64,000 nt of DNA from assembly GCF_006345805.1 (NCBI RefSeq), contig NC_043000.1, positions 98,208,001 to 98,272,000 on the forward strand, written 5' to 3'. Every line of letters begins with the position of its first letter. The stretch's first letter is position 1. This document shows, one piece after another, positions 62,916 through 64,000 of this stretch. The position numbers and the translations under genes are program-made. The notes beneath the pieces were generated by a model. The model was given only the letters and a program-made list of their open reading frames with translations, was not told where the DNA came from and did not search any database. Source of the stretch: Octopus sinensis. Lineage: Eukaryota.

Positions 62916-63289
62916 GTAAGTTGCATTTTTCTCATTTCTTCTTGCTACTTTTGCAGTTTTTACATTCTTGTTTTTTTTTTCTGTTGCTTATACCAGGCCA
63001 GTCTTTATTGAGCAAACTTATGATCAAAGGTGTTCCCACAATGAAAATCCTGTCTCATTGAATATCTGAGGCTACATGTAAAATCCATGTCTCCTTCTTA
63101 AAGACATTAGAGTGTCATTTAAGGTAGATTTGGTCTGTATTTTCAAGCAGGTTGAGCTAACCTTTGCTGGCTTGACAATTTTTCTATTTTTATGTAATGG
63201 GGTATGGTTTGGCAGAATTGGAGTCACAGATTAAATTTCTTAATTTAAATACTACTTTCATTTTTCTGACTTTACTTTGGCCTATGCCC

Positions 63290-64000
63290 CTCAGCCGGGG
63301 CTATCTGATGAACAGAAGGACTGATTTTATGACACCCTTTTGAAGACTACCTCGTCGATGAATGACAGGGACCTTCTCTTTGTGGTTGATGACTTTAATG
63401 GGCATGTTGGACAACATGCAAGGGGCTTCCATGGCATACATGGAGGCTATGGTTTTGGTTCCCGCAATGAGGGGGGAACCAGGCTGCTGGAGTTCTGCAA
63501 TACAAATGATCTTATGGTTTGTAATACCAATTTCAGGAAATTTACTAGCCACCTATTCACTTTCCGATCTGGTGGACACACTAGTTAAATTGATTATATC
63601 CTCACCAGGAAATAAGAAAGATGGCTATTTGTAAATGCCAGAACTTTCCCAGGTAAAGAATGCACCCCACAACATAGATTTGTAGTTAGTGACTTCAAGA
63701 TCAGCGCTAAATGGATGCCCAGAAGATGGCCAGCATGGAAAAGAAGGGTCTGGAAGCTTAAATGGACAGAAATTTAGAGACATATTATTTGAGCTTTTGA
63801 CAAAATAGAGGGGGATATAACATCACACAATGTGGAAGACAACTGGAGGTTTCTACGGGACAACCTGTTGAGGGTTACTGACCAAATCTGTGAATGGTGC
63901 AATGTCCCTTCTCGACCTAAGGTGGTGGAACAGTGTAGTTGACAGGGCCATTTGGGAAAAGAAACAGGCATGGAAGGATTGGTGGTAGCAGGGAATTGTC
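63290..64000 (+). mobile_element. RTE-clade LINE apurinic-type endonuclease remnant
   Basis: DFNGHVG..GGYGFGSRNEGGTRLLEFC..LMVCNTNFRK..TFRSGG..IDYIL..QHRFVVSD, with internal stops. Confidence 0.88.

Noticed and set aside
34391-62916. Non-canonical or U12-type introns in CSDE1
   Set aside because: All reconstructed introns are GT-AG with U2-type donors.

Overview
Eukaryotic, AT-rich, repeat-dense genomic DNA. The SINE/LINE repertoire resembles octopus (coleoid cephalopod); this is recognition, not a database result. One gene dominates the + strand: CSDE1/UNR (cold shock domain-containing protein E1). I reconstructed 16 coding exons by hand (34352-62915). All have GT-AG boundaries and compatible phases, giving 2303 nt (767 codons + 2 nt) with no stop. 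The C-terminal exon(s) lie beyond the window. A probable non-coding first exon ends at 6139 and a small 5'UTR exon may lie at 11006-11040, so about 28 kb of intron would precede the start codon. The introns carry decayed RTE-clade and CR1-like LINEs, Penelope-like elements (RT and GIY-YIG remnants), tRNA-derived SINEs, an internally deleted piggyBac, Tc1/mariner and hAT MITEs, and many microsatellites. Nearly all ORFs in the supplied track are spurious or TE remnants. No confirmed new system is visible. The best leads are: (1) a near-complete minimal hammerhead ribozyme beside a Penelope RT remnant, plus three more degenerate hammerhead-like motifs; (2) a candidate 57-nt in-frame cassette exon inside CSD3 of CSDE1; (3) perfect intronic hairpins of 33 and 63 bp; (4) a spliced uORF; (5) an apparent CpG-depletion boundary inside the gene. 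Repeat boundaries are approximate. Exon coordinates were counted base by base.
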